From a virus, in IMG/VR virus record IMGVR_UViG_3300045120_000498, positions 1 to 64,000 of that record: a stretch of DNA of 64,000 nt. One strand, 5' to 3'. Every line of letters begins with the position of its first letter. Positions within the stretch are counted from its first letter, which is position 1. Positions 9,601-19,096 of the stretch are shown piece after piece. The notes below the pieces were generated by a model. That model made no database searches, was not told the DNA's origin, and saw nothing but the letters and a program-made list of their open reading frames with translations. The position numbers and the translations under genes are program-made.

Positions 9601-12600
9601 GCCCGATGTCGTGGTGCGCAGGCCCGCGACGGTGCCGCGCTCGTAGCGCACCGGGTCGCCCGCCTTCAGCCCGTTCGGCAGCGTCGTCACGCGCAGGTGC
9701 CGCGGGTCATACGCGGTGTCGTCGCCGACCAGCTTGATCACCGGGAACGCGCCGCGCCAGTCCACCGACTCGACGATCCCGTCGTGCGAGTCCTCGCCAC
9801 TCGTCGTCACCAGGTCGCCCTGCGTGACGATGTGCCCCGACGCGATCCGGCTCGCAACACGCAGCGTGGCCGGATCGAGCATGTGGTGCTCCGCGCCCTG
9901 CCGCAGCTTCACCAGCCCGCCGTCCGGCTCCTCGGCGACCTCCATGAGCGCCTGCGTGCGCAGGTCATCGCGCGACAGCCTCGGGTTCCGCTCGTCGCCG
10001 TACGCCAGCACCATCCCGCCGCCGCCCGGCCGAATCCAGCCACCCGGAATCTCGTTCGGGTCAAGCGGCGGCTGCGGCTCCGGCCGATCCGGCTGTGCGT
10101 GCCCGGGCGCCAGCATCAGGAACTCCGGCCACCGCACAACCTCCGTGCCCGACGGCGACCCGTCCGCGCCCAGGATCACCGCTCGAATCCGCCCGTCCGG
10201 CCGAATGCCGAGCACCTTCATCGGCGACCGCGTGCCCGGCGCCTCGCCCGGCTGCGGACGGGCGCCGATGGCCCTCGTGCTGCGCACGATGCTGCCGACG
10301 TACGCCTCCTCGCCATCCGACAGCGTGGCGATGTTGCCGACCGTCGGCACCCACTCGGACAGGTCGCTCGGCCGCCACGGATGCCCCGTGTGGTCGATCA
10401 CCGCCCACTCGCCCGCCGTCGCCGTCGGCGCGAACCCCGCCACCACGACCGGCGCCCCCGAAGGCGTCACGTACCGGCGGCCCGCCATCACCTCGACATC
10501 GCCCGCGCCGCTCAGGCTCCGCGGCCGGAACGCCAGCGACTCCGCCGCCACCAGCCGCGATGTCGGCGCGACCGGCACCCCCGCGTCGCCCGCGCCCACC
10601 CGAAGCTCGCGATGCGTCGGCTCGCCGCGCGTCCCCTCGCCGGTCTGCGTCAGGATCGTGATGCCATCGCCCGCCGCGGTGTCCCAGACGATCCCCTCCA
10701 CGTCTCCCACCCGGACGCGCTCGCCCGCCTTCCACTCGCGGCCGCGCCACAACACCGACCCGCCCTTCGCGGTCAGCGGCGGCAGCGCCCGCTCCGGCGT
10801 CACGCCGCGCACGTACTCGCCCGGGATCGCGATGCCCAGCGTGCCGTACGTGTCGCGCTCGACCGTGCCCAGCTTCACCTCGCCGTTGTGGAGCACCGCC
10901 ACCTGCGTGCCCTCCACCGGCCGGATCGCCTCGTGCTGCACGATCCCGAACTCGGAGTCTGGCGCCAGCCCATCGAACGACCCGTCGTCCAGCCATTGGA
11001 TCGTGTAGCCCGCCCGGTTGCGGCCCGCCGAGTCCTGCCGGTACGTCGCCGTGATCCGGCCCAGCCGGTCGCCCACCGTGACCACCGAACCGATCCGCAA
11101 CTGATCGCGGCTGCGGTACGGATCGGCGCCCTCCGGGAACCGCTCCGGCGCCAGCCCAGCACCGATGGGCACCAGTTCCGTCGCCTTGTAGAGCCGCTGC
11201 GTGCCGTCCGGCGACTCGCCGTACCACTCCACCGACTGACCGACCCCGGACGTGCCGATCAGCCGCACCACGTTGCCCGCCCGGTCGGTCACGACCTGAC
11301 CCTGCTCCAGCGGCGTCGGGTGCGGATCGAGCTTCAGCACCGCCTGGAAGTTCGGCGGCGTCCGGTTCCCGTCGCTCGCGGAGCCGTACAGCCGCGTCGA
11401 GGACTCGCGGCCGCTCGGGATCGTCCCGCCGTTGGCGTCCCGCATCAGTTGGTTCAGCCGCTCCAGCCGCGACTCGCCCGGGTAGCCGTAGCGGAGCCGC
11501 ATCAGCAACGCCTGCCGCTCGCCCTGCGGCACCTTCGCGTCGTCCATGATCGTCCGCATCCCCTGCCGGAACCCGCGGTACGACCCCAGCACGCGCTCGT
11601 TCGACGGGTTCTCCTGCGCCCACTCCAGCACATCGTGGTAGCCGTGCTCGCCGAGCCAGTCGCGCGCCGTGACGTGCGCCAGTTCCTCGACGACGGCTTC
11701 CTCCAGGCCGACCCCGCCGTACGTGTTGATCGGGTCGCGATCCTGGTTCACCGAGTGCAGCAACTCGTGCGCCATCACCTTGTAGGAGGCGTACAGGTCG
11801 GCCTTCTCTTGGTTCGTCAGGTGCTCGTTGTTGTTGCGACGCTCGATGCCGCGCTGAAGCGCCGGAAGCACCGCCGAGCCGAGCCGGATGTAGCCCCGCA
11901 ACTGGTGCAGGCCCGAGAACCCCTCATACCCGGTGCCGCGCCGGGTGCCGGTCGAGAAGATCACCTCGCTGATTTCCGACTGCTTGCCCTCCGGCACACC
12001 GTTCGCGCGCGACAACTCCAGCGCCAGCGCCGTCAGGTCACCCGCGTACTCCGCCTGATTCTGCGGCACCCGCCCACGCACCCGCTCGCGCCGCAACGCC
12101 ACCGACCCGCCCGGCAGCTTGAACGCGCGCGAGTCGGTCAGCATGTACCGCGGCCCGAGCGGCGTCGGCCGCTTCGCGAAGTCCACGATGATCGACGCGC
12201 CCGTCTCCGCCGACTTGTAGCTACGCGACAGCACTTCCTCGCCGTCCGGCGTCGTGCGACGCCGCGCGTTCCGGGTCGTCGGCTTCATCCGCAGACCCTT
12301 CAGCACCGCCTCGACCTCAGTGCTCGTGGCCTCCATCATCGTCGCCGTCCGGCCCCGGCCGATCTTCAGCGGGTTGCGCTTCGCGTCCGTCGCCGCCGTC
12401 AGCGCCTCGCGGATCGCCTCCGTCCGCTGATCGGTCGCGTTGTTCCACGCCTCCGCCTCCGCGATCCGCACCCGCTCCTGCGCGTCGGCGGCCTCAGCGT
12501 CGGTCAGGATGTCGTGCGGCCCGGCGCCCGGGATGCCGACCTCGACCACCTTGTCGTTCATCGGCCCGTCGCGACCGACCCGGAACCGCATCGGCGTGCC

Positions 12601-15600
12601 CAGCCCCGACTTCGGCCACACCGTGAAGATCGGCGCGTCCTTCGCGTGCTCGACCTCGCCCACGATGTCCGCCGCCTGCCGCGCCGTGTCGAACGGCGTG
12701 CCGACCGGGATCGCGTCACGCCACCGGCCCGCGCTCGCGAGCGCGCGGATCGCCTCGACCCGGCGCGTGTTCGTCATCACTTCCAACAACTGCCACTTGT
12801 GGGACCGCTGCACGTGATCGACGCCCGCGTACACCAGCGAGTAGCGGCCGTCCGGCGAGAAGTACGGCGCGTAGCCGTAGCTGCCCGGCTTCACCCACCC
12901 GCGCGCGGTCAAGTAGTTCTTCGCCGCCTGCGCATCGAAGACGCTCAGGTCGGCCTGCAACCGCTGAAGCGTCCGCGGCCCCGCCGTCGCGTCCGCCGCC
13001 GGGATGAACGACGTGCGGACGTTGACCACGCCCCAGTCCTGCCTCTGCCCTTCGTACGGCGGCGTCTCGCCCGGCAGCAGGTCGCGGTAGCGGCGGTCGA
13101 ACGTCACCTGCATCCGGCCCTCCGGCCGGGTCAGAATCCAGCCCTCGCGAGAGCTTTCCTCCGCGAACCCGTTCTCCCGCAGCAGCGCCGTCAGCGGCCG
13201 CAGCAGCCCGCCATCGTGCTCGCGAAGCTGCGTGAACAGCGCCTCCGGCGCGAGCTTCTGATCCGGCGGCGGAATCCGGTTGTCGTTCCCGTCCTCGGCG
13301 TCCATCCACGTCTCGAACTCGGGCGGCAACGGCAACTCCAGCCGCCGCGCGATGTCGCCCACCGTCCGCGACCAGTGCGGCGACCGCTGCACCGCCGAGT
13401 TCCAGTCGCCCATGATCGCCGCGTAGCCCTCGGCAATCGCCTGCTGCGGAACGCCGTGGCTGTGATCGCCGTACCGGAAGGCGTCCGACGCCAGCACCCG
13501 GAACTCCGGATCAAGCGGCCCCGTCGTGCGGCTCAACCGGTTCGCCATCGCGATGTTCGCCAGTTCGGCCAGCGAGTTCTCGCGGCCAGGCCGCCAGCCC
13601 GACCAGTCCGGCACCGTGATGCTCGAATCGCCACGCGCGATCCGCTCGAACGACTCATACGACGTGGCGTAGATCGACACCGCATCCCACGCCTTCGGCT
13701 GCCACGGATCGACCATCGCGATCTGCGACACCGCCACCGTCCGCCAGCCCGAGTGCTCCGGCAGCGTGTGGTCGTTCTCGGCCACGAACACCCGCACCAT
13801 CCCGTCCCGCGGAACCTCGCTCACCTGCGCACCGTGAAGCTGGCCGTTCGCCTCGCGCACGACCACCGACTGTCCCGGCCGGATGTCCAGCACGGGAGCG
13901 TCCGTCACCGGCGGCGGAGTCAGAGTCGGCCGCGGAGTCGGCCCAGCCCGAGGCGACGCGGGTGGCGGAGTCGTGCGCGTGCTCGCGCGCCGCTGCCGCA
14001 GGTCCGGGTGCGTACGCCGCCACCGCGGCGCCGACGCCACCTGCGCTTCGCCCCACGTTCCGTCCGGCTGGCGCTCCGCTCGCAACACGCGCGTCGTCCC
14101 GGCCGGACTCGTGAACAGAACCAGCCCATCCTCCGACTCGCGCGAGAAGTCCTCGTCCAGCGGAATGAAGTTGCGACGGCCCTGGATGAACACCGACCGG
14201 CCCAACCGGCCACGGAACATCTGCGCGAACTCGCGCTCCTGGTCGTACGTCAGGTTCGGCGGCGCGTCCCGGTAGTCGAACTCGATCCGCTCCACCGGCC
14301 GTGCGCTGTCCGGCGACATCGACACGGCCTCGTCGCCGCCGTTCACGATCACGCCGTCGTAGCCGTCGGCCAGCAGCCGATCCGCGATCATCGCGTCCCG
14401 CTCGGGACTGATCGGCGACACGCCCCGCGTGCGCAGGTCGGCGACCACCGGCTCCACGTACCGCTCCCGGAAGTGATCGTCGTCGCGGCCGGTCACGTGC
14501 AGGGGCTTCTCGATCCGCAGCGCCACCGGCACCGCATCGCCGAACTCCGGATTCGAGTGCGTCGCCGCCCACACCCCGCGGCCCCACGGCGACCGGCCAG
14601 CCATCACGTCGATCCCGTGCGACTCGATGGCGGCCCGCTCGTCCTGCCGCACGCTCAGGTGCATCACACCCCGCACCGCCGACGAACCGAGCCAGTCCGG
14701 CACCTCGCTCTGCGGCAGCAGTTGCGAATCGCCGGTCGTCGCCAGCGGGTTCGGCACCGCCGGGTACTGCACCGCGCCCAGGCCCGCCCCGCGCAGGTCG
14801 GCCGCCTCGTAGCCGACCGCCTGCATATACGCCGTCACCGGGTCAGGCGTGTTCGCCGCATACACCGCCGCCTGGTACTTGTGCTCGTCGTCGCGGCCGG
14901 ACGCCGGATCAGGCAGGTCCGCCGCCACGTCCCGCAGCGTCACGAGCCGCCCTTCCAGGTCGATCACCGAGTTCTGCCCGGCCGTCGCCGACGCCAGCGC
15001 GTTGAACGCGCCCAGCACCCGCGGCGCGTCCAGCGGGTCCGGCGTATATACGCTCGTCATCCGGCGCAGGTCATCGTCGTTCAGCTTCCGGCCGGTGCCG
15101 ACCTGCGTGAACGCCACCGGCGCGCCGACGCCGACGCCCGGCGTCATCCCCTTGTTCGCGACCGACATCCGGCCAATCTCGCGCCGCAGGCCGGGACTCA
15201 TCGGCACGCCGCCCTTCGCCGACCACAGCGCCATGTCCAGCGCCCGCTCCGGGTCGTCCTCGACCGCGCCCTCCCACTGATCGCCCAGCATCCGCGTCAG
15301 GAACGGCTCCACCGCACCGATGGCGTCCGCCCGCTCCGACGGCGTGAGCAGGTCGGCGCGGTACGTCGCCGCGTCCACCTCCAGCGCGTTCGGCAGGTCC
15401 TCGTCGTGGACGATGCTGACCTCGCCGAACGGCTTCCGCGTCTCGTCGAGCAGCGTCCGGTACGGCATCTGCGACCCGTCCGGCAGCGTCGCCATCTCGT
15501 CCTTGCCGACGTACAGCCGGTTGAACTCGCTCGTGCTGATCTTCAGGAACCCGTCCCGCGCCCGCTGCACCGCCGCGATCCGCGCCCGCAGCGTCTCCGA

Positions 15601-18600
15601 GGCGTTCGCACGGGCCTCCAGCAGCGCGTTGAGCCGCACTTCCTCGGATTCAAGCTCGCCCCTGTCCAAGTCCTGCCGTGCGCCCGTGCCGCGCCGCAGC
15701 AGCGCCCGGAGGTGCGCCAGCCGCTTGCCCGCATCCTCCGCCGACAGCCGCGCCATCTGGGGTGAGAGCATCAGCAGCAGCGCCTCGCGGCCAGCTTCCG
15801 CCTGTGACGCGAAGCCCGCGTCCTGCCACGTGCCCAGGTCGCCGGGCACCGGCGTCGGCAGGAACAGGTCAGGCCCGAGGCTGTGCGGCGTCACCTTGAT
15901 CTGCCCGGCCCCCGGCTCGGCGCCCTTCGGGTCGCCCGCGCGCGTCGCGCCCGCCAGCCGCGCCTCGGTCATCCACACCGACCCGTAGTCGCCGCCGACC
16001 CGCACCGCCCGCACCGTGCCGTCCGCGTTCTCGTCGATGTCCTCGACGACGCCCTTCGTGCCCTCCCCGAAGTCCACCTCGTCGCCCACACCCAGCGTCT
16101 CGAACCCGCCCGTGCCCAACCACTGGAACGGCACCCGATGCACCGGCCCGCCCGGCTCGGCCGGGATCACCCGCTGCAAGTCCGACTCCGTGACGATCTG
16201 CCCCGTCTCCAGCACCCCGAACGGCACACCGCTGCGCTCGCCCGCATCGACCATCGGCACCGGCGTCCCGTCTCGCAACACGGCGATGGCGCCCAGCCCG
16301 GCCCGCTCGCCCTTCATCGTCCACGTCGCCGGACGAATCGGAGAATCCGGCGCCGCGCCGATCATCGGCACGTAGTCGGGCGTCACCTGCGTCGTGAAGA
16401 ACGACGCCAACTCCACCGGCTCGCGCCCCGTCCGCTCGGACAGGAAGGCCGACCGCTCATCCGGCGACATCTGCGTCTTCATGTGCCACAGCAGCGCCGG
16501 ACGATCCGCCACCGGGATGCCCGCCTCGTTCAGCAGTTCGTCGAGCGCCGCCCGGTAGTGCTCGTAGTAGCCGACCGAAGCGTCGTGCCGCGGGTTGTTC
16601 GCCATCCACTGCGCCACGTCCGTCAGCCCGTGATCGTCCAGCAGTTGGTTCACGACCGAACCGGTCACCTCGTCCGTCAGCGCCTCCTCCAGCGCCGCGC
16701 CCGGCTTCCTGGTGTCCACGTAGTCGCGCCAGTTCGTCGGGTTCACGCCGTGCAGAAGCTCGTGCACGACCGTCCTGTAGGCCCGCGCGGTCGTCGCCGG
16801 GAACGGGTCAGCCTCGCCCTTGTCCGCGCGCGCCAGCGCCGCCTCGATGTCCGCCTGCACCCGCGGCGCCACCAGCACGTTGCCGTCCCACAGGTGCACG
16901 CCCGTGTGATCGTGGAGCGACTGATCGAAGCCCATCGTCCCGTACGCCCAGCGCGCGTCCGTGCGCGCGGCGATGCCACCCACCACTGCCACCGCATCCT
17001 GAAGGAACTCGCCCCACGTCTTCGGCGCGTGCTCGACCCGGTGGAAGTCCTCCTCCTTCGGCACGAACGACCGCTCCACGAGCGCGTCCGTGACCAGGCC
17101 GTCCTTCGTCTCGACCGTCACCGTCGAGCCGTCCGTGTGCCGGTACGACGCCCACCCCTCGCCCGAGTCCGCGTGCACGAAGCCCGCGTCGCGCGCCACC
17201 GCATCGAGCACGTCCGCTGGCGTGCCCTTCAGCACCGCCTGCGGCGACCGGCCCGCGAGCACGTCGTGCACCATCTGCGCGTCAGCGGAGAACTTCGGTG
17301 GCGTGCCGACCGTCAGCCGCCCCGTCTTCCGCCAGTCGAGCACGTCCGGATGCGCCTCCGGTGCGTCCGGCGTCGAGATGAGCTTCCCGTCCCGGTACAC
17401 GTTCGTGCTGTCCGGCGGACTCGTGAACGTGTGCCCGTCGATCACCCGCTGGAAGTTCCGGTGCTCCGGGACCGACACCCGGCGGCCACGCAGCCGCACC
17501 GTCCGATGACGGGGGGCACCGCGATCCTCTGGAACCAGGTCCCGTAGCACGCTCCCCGCTGCCCCCAAGCGACGTACTACGGCCCGGGTCGAAGGGATCG
17601 CGGCGCCACGGCGCGGACGGAACTGGCCGCCCTTCACCGTCCCCTTCGCGTAGCGTAGATCGTACGGGTGCGTGCGCGAGCGCGCCTCGACCAGCGCCAG
17701 GTACTCGTCCACCAGCGCCGGATCGACTTCCTCCAGTTGCCGCGCCTTCCGCGCAATCGCGTCCGCGCGTCGCATCGCGTCGGCCGGATCGGGCAGCGCA
17801 CCACGCCGCAGCAGCCCTCGCGCCTGCGCCTCCGCGATCCCCAGCAGCCGACACGGACACCCGGCGTGCAGCGGCGGATGGTACTTCCGCAGCACCGCCC
17901 ACGGCCACGCCTTCCCGCTCATCGCGATGCAGTCCGGCGTGTGCTGCCGCACAGTGTTCGACAACTGCCAGTAGGCGCCCTGCGGCGAGGATTCCTGGAG
18001 CCGCTTCATGTCTGCGAACCCCGCCAGCCGACCGGACAACGCCTGCCGTCGCTGCTCGATGTAGCGCCGCTCGCGATCCACGATCTTCTGGATCGCCTGC
18101 CGCCGGTCGCCCGCTTCCTCGATCCGCAGCGCCTTCGGCAGGTCGCGCTTCACCCGGCGGCTCATCTTCCGCATGAACTCCGCCTGGTAGCCACGCTCGC
18201 GGTCCAGCACCTCGTCCACGTCGGTCGGCTCCAACTCGGGATGCTGGCCCATCGCCGCGGCCACGGCCTCGGCGTCTGTCGTCTTCACCGCCGACACCGC
18301 GAGTGACTGGAGCACCATCGAAGTCGCCGCCGCCACCGTGTCCGCGCCGCCCGCAGCCGCCTTCGCGCCGACCATCAGCGGCATCGCCGCGACACCCGAC
18401 ACGCCCAGCGCCCCGAGCAGCCCCGACGCGGCCTGACCCGCGCTCGCGCTCGGCGGAGTCGGCTCCGTCGGCGGCGGATCGGCGTGCGTCTGCGGCTCCG
18501 TCGCCGTCGCCTCGGCAATCGTCCACGCCACGCCGCGCCGCGTCAGAGCGTCCAGCAACTCGTCGCCCGGGTCAGTCGGGAAGTCCACCCCGGACACGTC

Positions 18601-19095
18601 GCTCCACGCCACGCCGCCGTGCACGTGCGCCTCGGCCACCGACTCCAGCCCCGCGAACGGCCCGAACAGGCCGTCGTCGCCCGCGCTCGCAGGCGACGGA
18701 TCGTTCACCGCCGACGGCTCCACCCCCGCCTCTTGCAGCACGAACGTCGTCCGCTCGCGCACCGCCGACTTCAGCCGCACCCGAATCTCGCCATTCGGCG
18801 GCGCGTCCGGCCGCTCCATCACCCCGTAGTGCGGACACCGATCAGGCCGCGCATCCGGGTCGATCCCGAACCACGCCTGCTCGATGTCTCGCAACACACC
18901 GCCGACCACCTCGCGGGCCGACTGGAACCGGCCCTCCGCGAGCGCGAACGCGATGGCGTCCTCGTCCACGTGCAGCACCGGCACCGCGCCGCTCGACCGA
19001 CCGACCGACCGCTCCAGCCACTCGCGCACCGCCGCGTCGATCCGGCGCTCGCCGCGCTGCCGCGCGAACCCGTCCAGGCGCGGAGGCTCGGGCAT
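6646..19095 (-). CDS. Giant (4149 aa) MuF/SPP1-gp7-like head morphogenesis polyvalent protein
   Basis: Directly downstream of portal. MuF motif HTPDC...HPPLHAGCPCR (~17845-17950); two zincin HELLH...LEEA motifs (~16750, ~11755); ART-PolyVal-like segment (H...WGRGVW...FG...GYDGVI, ~14320-14680); GNAT-like segment (QGTGFAGG...GAYTWATMGF, ~8770-9010); C-terminal repeats. Confidence 0.85.
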   Translation of the reverse strand: MPEPPRLDGFARQRGERRIDAAVREWLERSVGRSSGAVPVLHVDEDAIAFALAEGRFQSAREVVGGVLRDIEQAWFGIDPDARPDRCPHYGVMERPDAPPNGEIRVRLKSAVRERTTFVLQEAGVEPSAVNDPSPASAGDDGLFGPFAGLESVAEAHVHGGVAWSDVSGVDFPTDPGDELLDALTRRGVAWTIAEATATEPQTHADPPPTEPTPPSASAGQAASGLLGALGVSGVAAMPLMVGAKAAAGGADTVAAATSMVLQSLAVSAVKTTDAEAVAAAMGQHPELEPTDVDEVLDRERGYQAEFMRKMSRRVKRDLPKALRIEEAGDRRQAIQKIVDRERRYIEQRRQALSGRLAGFADMKRLQESSPQGAYWQLSNTVRQHTPDCIAMSGKAWPWAVLRKYHPPLHAGCPCRLLGIAEAQARGLLRRGALPDPADAMRRADAIARKARQLEEVDPALVDEYLALVEARSRTHPYDLRYAKGTVKGGQFRPRRGAAIPSTRAVVRRLGAAGSVLRDLVPEDRGAPRHRTVRLRGRRVSVPEHRNFQRVIDGHTFTSPPDSTNVYRDGKLISTPDAPEAHPDVLDWRKTGRLTVGTPPKFSADAQMVHDVLAGRSPQAVLKGTPADVLDAVARDAGFVHADSGEGWASYRHTDGSTVTVETKDGLVTDALVERSFVPKEEDFHRVEHAPKTWGEFLQDAVAVVGGIAARTDARWAYGTMGFDQSLHDHTGVHLWDGNVLVAPRVQADIEAALARADKGEADPFPATTARAYRTVVHELLHGVNPTNWRDYVDTRKPGAALEEALTDEVTGSVVNQLLDDHGLTDVAQWMANNPRHDASVGYYEHYRAALDELLNEAGIPVADRPALLWHMKTQMSPDERSAFLSERTGREPVELASFFTTQVTPDYVPMIGAAPDSPIRPATWTMKGERAGLGAIAVLRDGTPVPMVDAGERSGVPFGVLETGQIVTESDLQRVIPAEPGGPVHRVPFQWLGTGGFETLGVGDEVDFGEGTKGVVEDIDENADGTVRAVRVGGDYGSVWMTEARLAGATRAGDPKGAEPGAGQIKVTPHSLGPDLFLPTPVPGDLGTWQDAGFASQAEAGREALLLMLSPQMARLSAEDAGKRLAHLRALLRRGTGARQDLDRGELESEEVRLNALLEARANASETLRARIAAVQRARDGFLKISTSEFNRLYVGKDEMATLPDGSQMPYRTLLDETRKPFGEVSIVHDEDLPNALEVDAATYRADLLTPSERADAIGAVEPFLTRMLGDQWEGAVEDDPERALDMALWSAKGGVPMSPGLRREIGRMSVANKGMTPGVGVGAPVAFTQVGTGRKLNDDDLRRMTSVYTPDPLDAPRVLGAFNALASATAGQNSVIDLEGRLVTLRDVAADLPDPASGRDDEHKYQAAVYAANTPDPVTAYMQAVGYEAADLRGAGLGAVQYPAVPNPLATTGDSQLLPQSEVPDWLGSSAVRGVMHLSVRQDERAAIESHGIDVMAGRSPWGRGVWAATHSNPEFGDAVPVALRIEKPLHVTGRDDDHFRERYVEPVVADLRTRGVSPISPERDAMIADRLLADGYDGVIVNGGDEAVSMSPDSARPVERIEFDYRDAPPNLTYDQEREFAQMFRGRLGRSVFIQGRRNFIPLDEDFSRESEDGLVLFTSPAGTTRVLRAERQPDGTWGEAQVASAPRWRRTHPDLRQRRASTRTTPPPASPRAGPTPRPTLTPPPVTDAPVLDIRPGQSVVVREANGQLHGAQVSEVPRDGMVRVFVAENDHTLPEHSGWRTVAVSQIAMVDPWQPKAWDAVSIYATSYESFERIARGDSSITVPDWSGWRPGRENSLAELANIAMANRLSRTTGPLDPEFRVLASDAFRYGDHSHGVPQQAIAEGYAAIMGDWNSAVQRSPHWSRTVGDIARRLELPLPPEFETWMDAEDGNDNRIPPPDQKLAPEALFTQLREHDGGLLRPLTALLRENGFAEESSREGWILTRPEGRMQVTFDRRYRDLLPGETPPYEGQRQDWGVVNVRTSFIPAADATAGPRTLQRLQADLSVFDAQAAKNYLTARGWVKPGSYGYAPYFSPDGRYSLVYAGVDHVQRSHKWQLLEVMTNTRRVEAIRALASAGRWRDAIPVGTPFDTARQAADIVGEVEHAKDAPIFTVWPKSGLGTPMRFRVGRDGPMNDKVVEVGIPGAGPHDILTDAEAADAQERVRIAEAEAWNNATDQRTEAIREALTAATDAKRNPLKIGRGRTATMMEATSTEVEAVLKGLRMKPTTRNARRRTTPDGEEVLSRSYKSAETGASIIVDFAKRPTPLGPRYMLTDSRAFKLPGGSVALRRERVRGRVPQNQAEYAGDLTALALELSRANGVPEGKQSEISEVIFSTGTRRGTGYEGFSGLHQLRGYIRLGSAVLPALQRGIERRNNNEHLTNQEKADLYASYKVMAHELLHSVNQDRDPINTYGGVGLEEAVVEELAHVTARDWLGEHGYHDVLEWAQENPSNERVLGSYRGFRQGMRTIMDDAKVPQGERQALLMRLRYGYPGESRLERLNQLMRDANGGTIPSGRESSTRLYGSASDGNRTPPNFQAVLKLDPHPTPLEQGQVVTDRAGNVVRLIGTSGVGQSVEWYGESPDGTQRLYKATELVPIGAGLAPERFPEGADPYRSRDQLRIGSVVTVGDRLGRITATYRQDSAGRNRAGYTIQWLDDGSFDGLAPDSEFGIVQHEAIRPVEGTQVAVLHNGEVKLGTVERDTYGTLGIAIPGEYVRGVTPERALPPLTAKGGSVLWRGREWKAGERVRVGDVEGIVWDTAAGDGITILTQTGEGTRGEPTHRELRVGAGDAGVPVAPTSRLVAAESLAFRPRSLSGAGDVEVMAGRRYVTPSGAPVVVAGFAPTATAGEWAVIDHTGHPWRPSDLSEWVPTVGNIATLSDGEEAYVGSIVRSTRAIGARPQPGEAPGTRSPMKVLGIRPDGRIRAVILGADGSPSGTEVVRWPEFLMLAPGHAQPDRPEPQPPLDPNEIPGGWIRPGGGGMVLAYGDERNPRLSRDDLRTQALMEVAEEPDGGLVKLRQGAEHHMLDPATLRVASRIASGHIVTQGDLVTTSGEDSHDGIVESVDWRGAFPVIKLVGDDTAYDPRHLRVTTLPNGLKAGDPVRYERGTVAGLRTTTSGEGWIIGMAENAPQPTVLVRDMASNAEVLVEPSAVTRWKPEPLTRVEPVVGLSKAMGELGRVDWADTAETRRLGEKIGTSFATQMAEGAAAALVRQADDERGILTGEKPRAFLAASIEAVYTNEAAARTLQTDHPMLYEWAVDSLAQNGVVLPPWVEAPTYDLKSEAWLRSSFSGVFGRSDLRAMVTSTTVRGDHMAVGGSVIDAGGSRVGEFKRAIYPDAQKVHHSYLQIQDSHQGTGFAGGFIRKTEKAYVDAGITAITVSATLKNGAYTWATMGFQVQSNQKATMRGLVDSAARSSRITADEATHLRERIDSGDIAVIEQLAHADGRPAGTERPNFNLGQKVLVGQSWSGVKYLPGHASYVPRPDRPPRPPRAEPPPPPEPPEPPPAPVPVGGVGAVQPDGVMPEWPVLPKAAFTDIQPGDVLRFGETNGYYLKIDRTESGVVHGTVVASNMRGRPVGQSRELLATHYAFDQWTYHGPATPPEPPPAPEPPPSGPLSMENITPGFQFTMTTPDGDVAWTGRVTDTHPAGPSSGRSITVEQKQFDANAPGDNMRWGSGFLMYEDEWQQLVGQRRIRARPPEADPTLGAMQPQGVIPEWPVLPKPAFDDLQVGDVIGRTDGQEKHFVKITDIDGRGQVRGTIVASNVVNTFPVGEQRTVGPLGWGGFGDAWQFYGHVAPDAPAAPGTAPGWVPSAANVTTGFMVRMEDPYGHPDRTFQVAGRFGERMLHLKRWNAETRQWGGDEPWSYDEWDRAAQIGQLHAADAPAGSAEAPTVEASGPLGTPQAFGVLPSWPVREKPAYSALRVGDVIRRSEDGETYWMRVTEANATGRTRTEVIASNVDHRQIGDVRSINSGIWGLDWWTYHGNAESDEPPSAPLVPSAPEAPAGVGAVQRVGVIPDWPEQEKPAFRDLQPGDVISRRDPSTATNYFVRIVENRGSAVVGEVVATDVPATWGIGEERVLTPTGWGADVWRYNGSALASQNE

Positions 19096-19096
19096 C

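Noticed and set aside
9202-15765. Very long plus-strand ORFs (2187 aa here; also 22593-25229, 24602-27523, 29249-31078 and others)
   Set aside because: Arg/Pro/Ala-rich antisense shadows of real minus-strand genes in high-GC DNA; no motifs, SDs or promoters.
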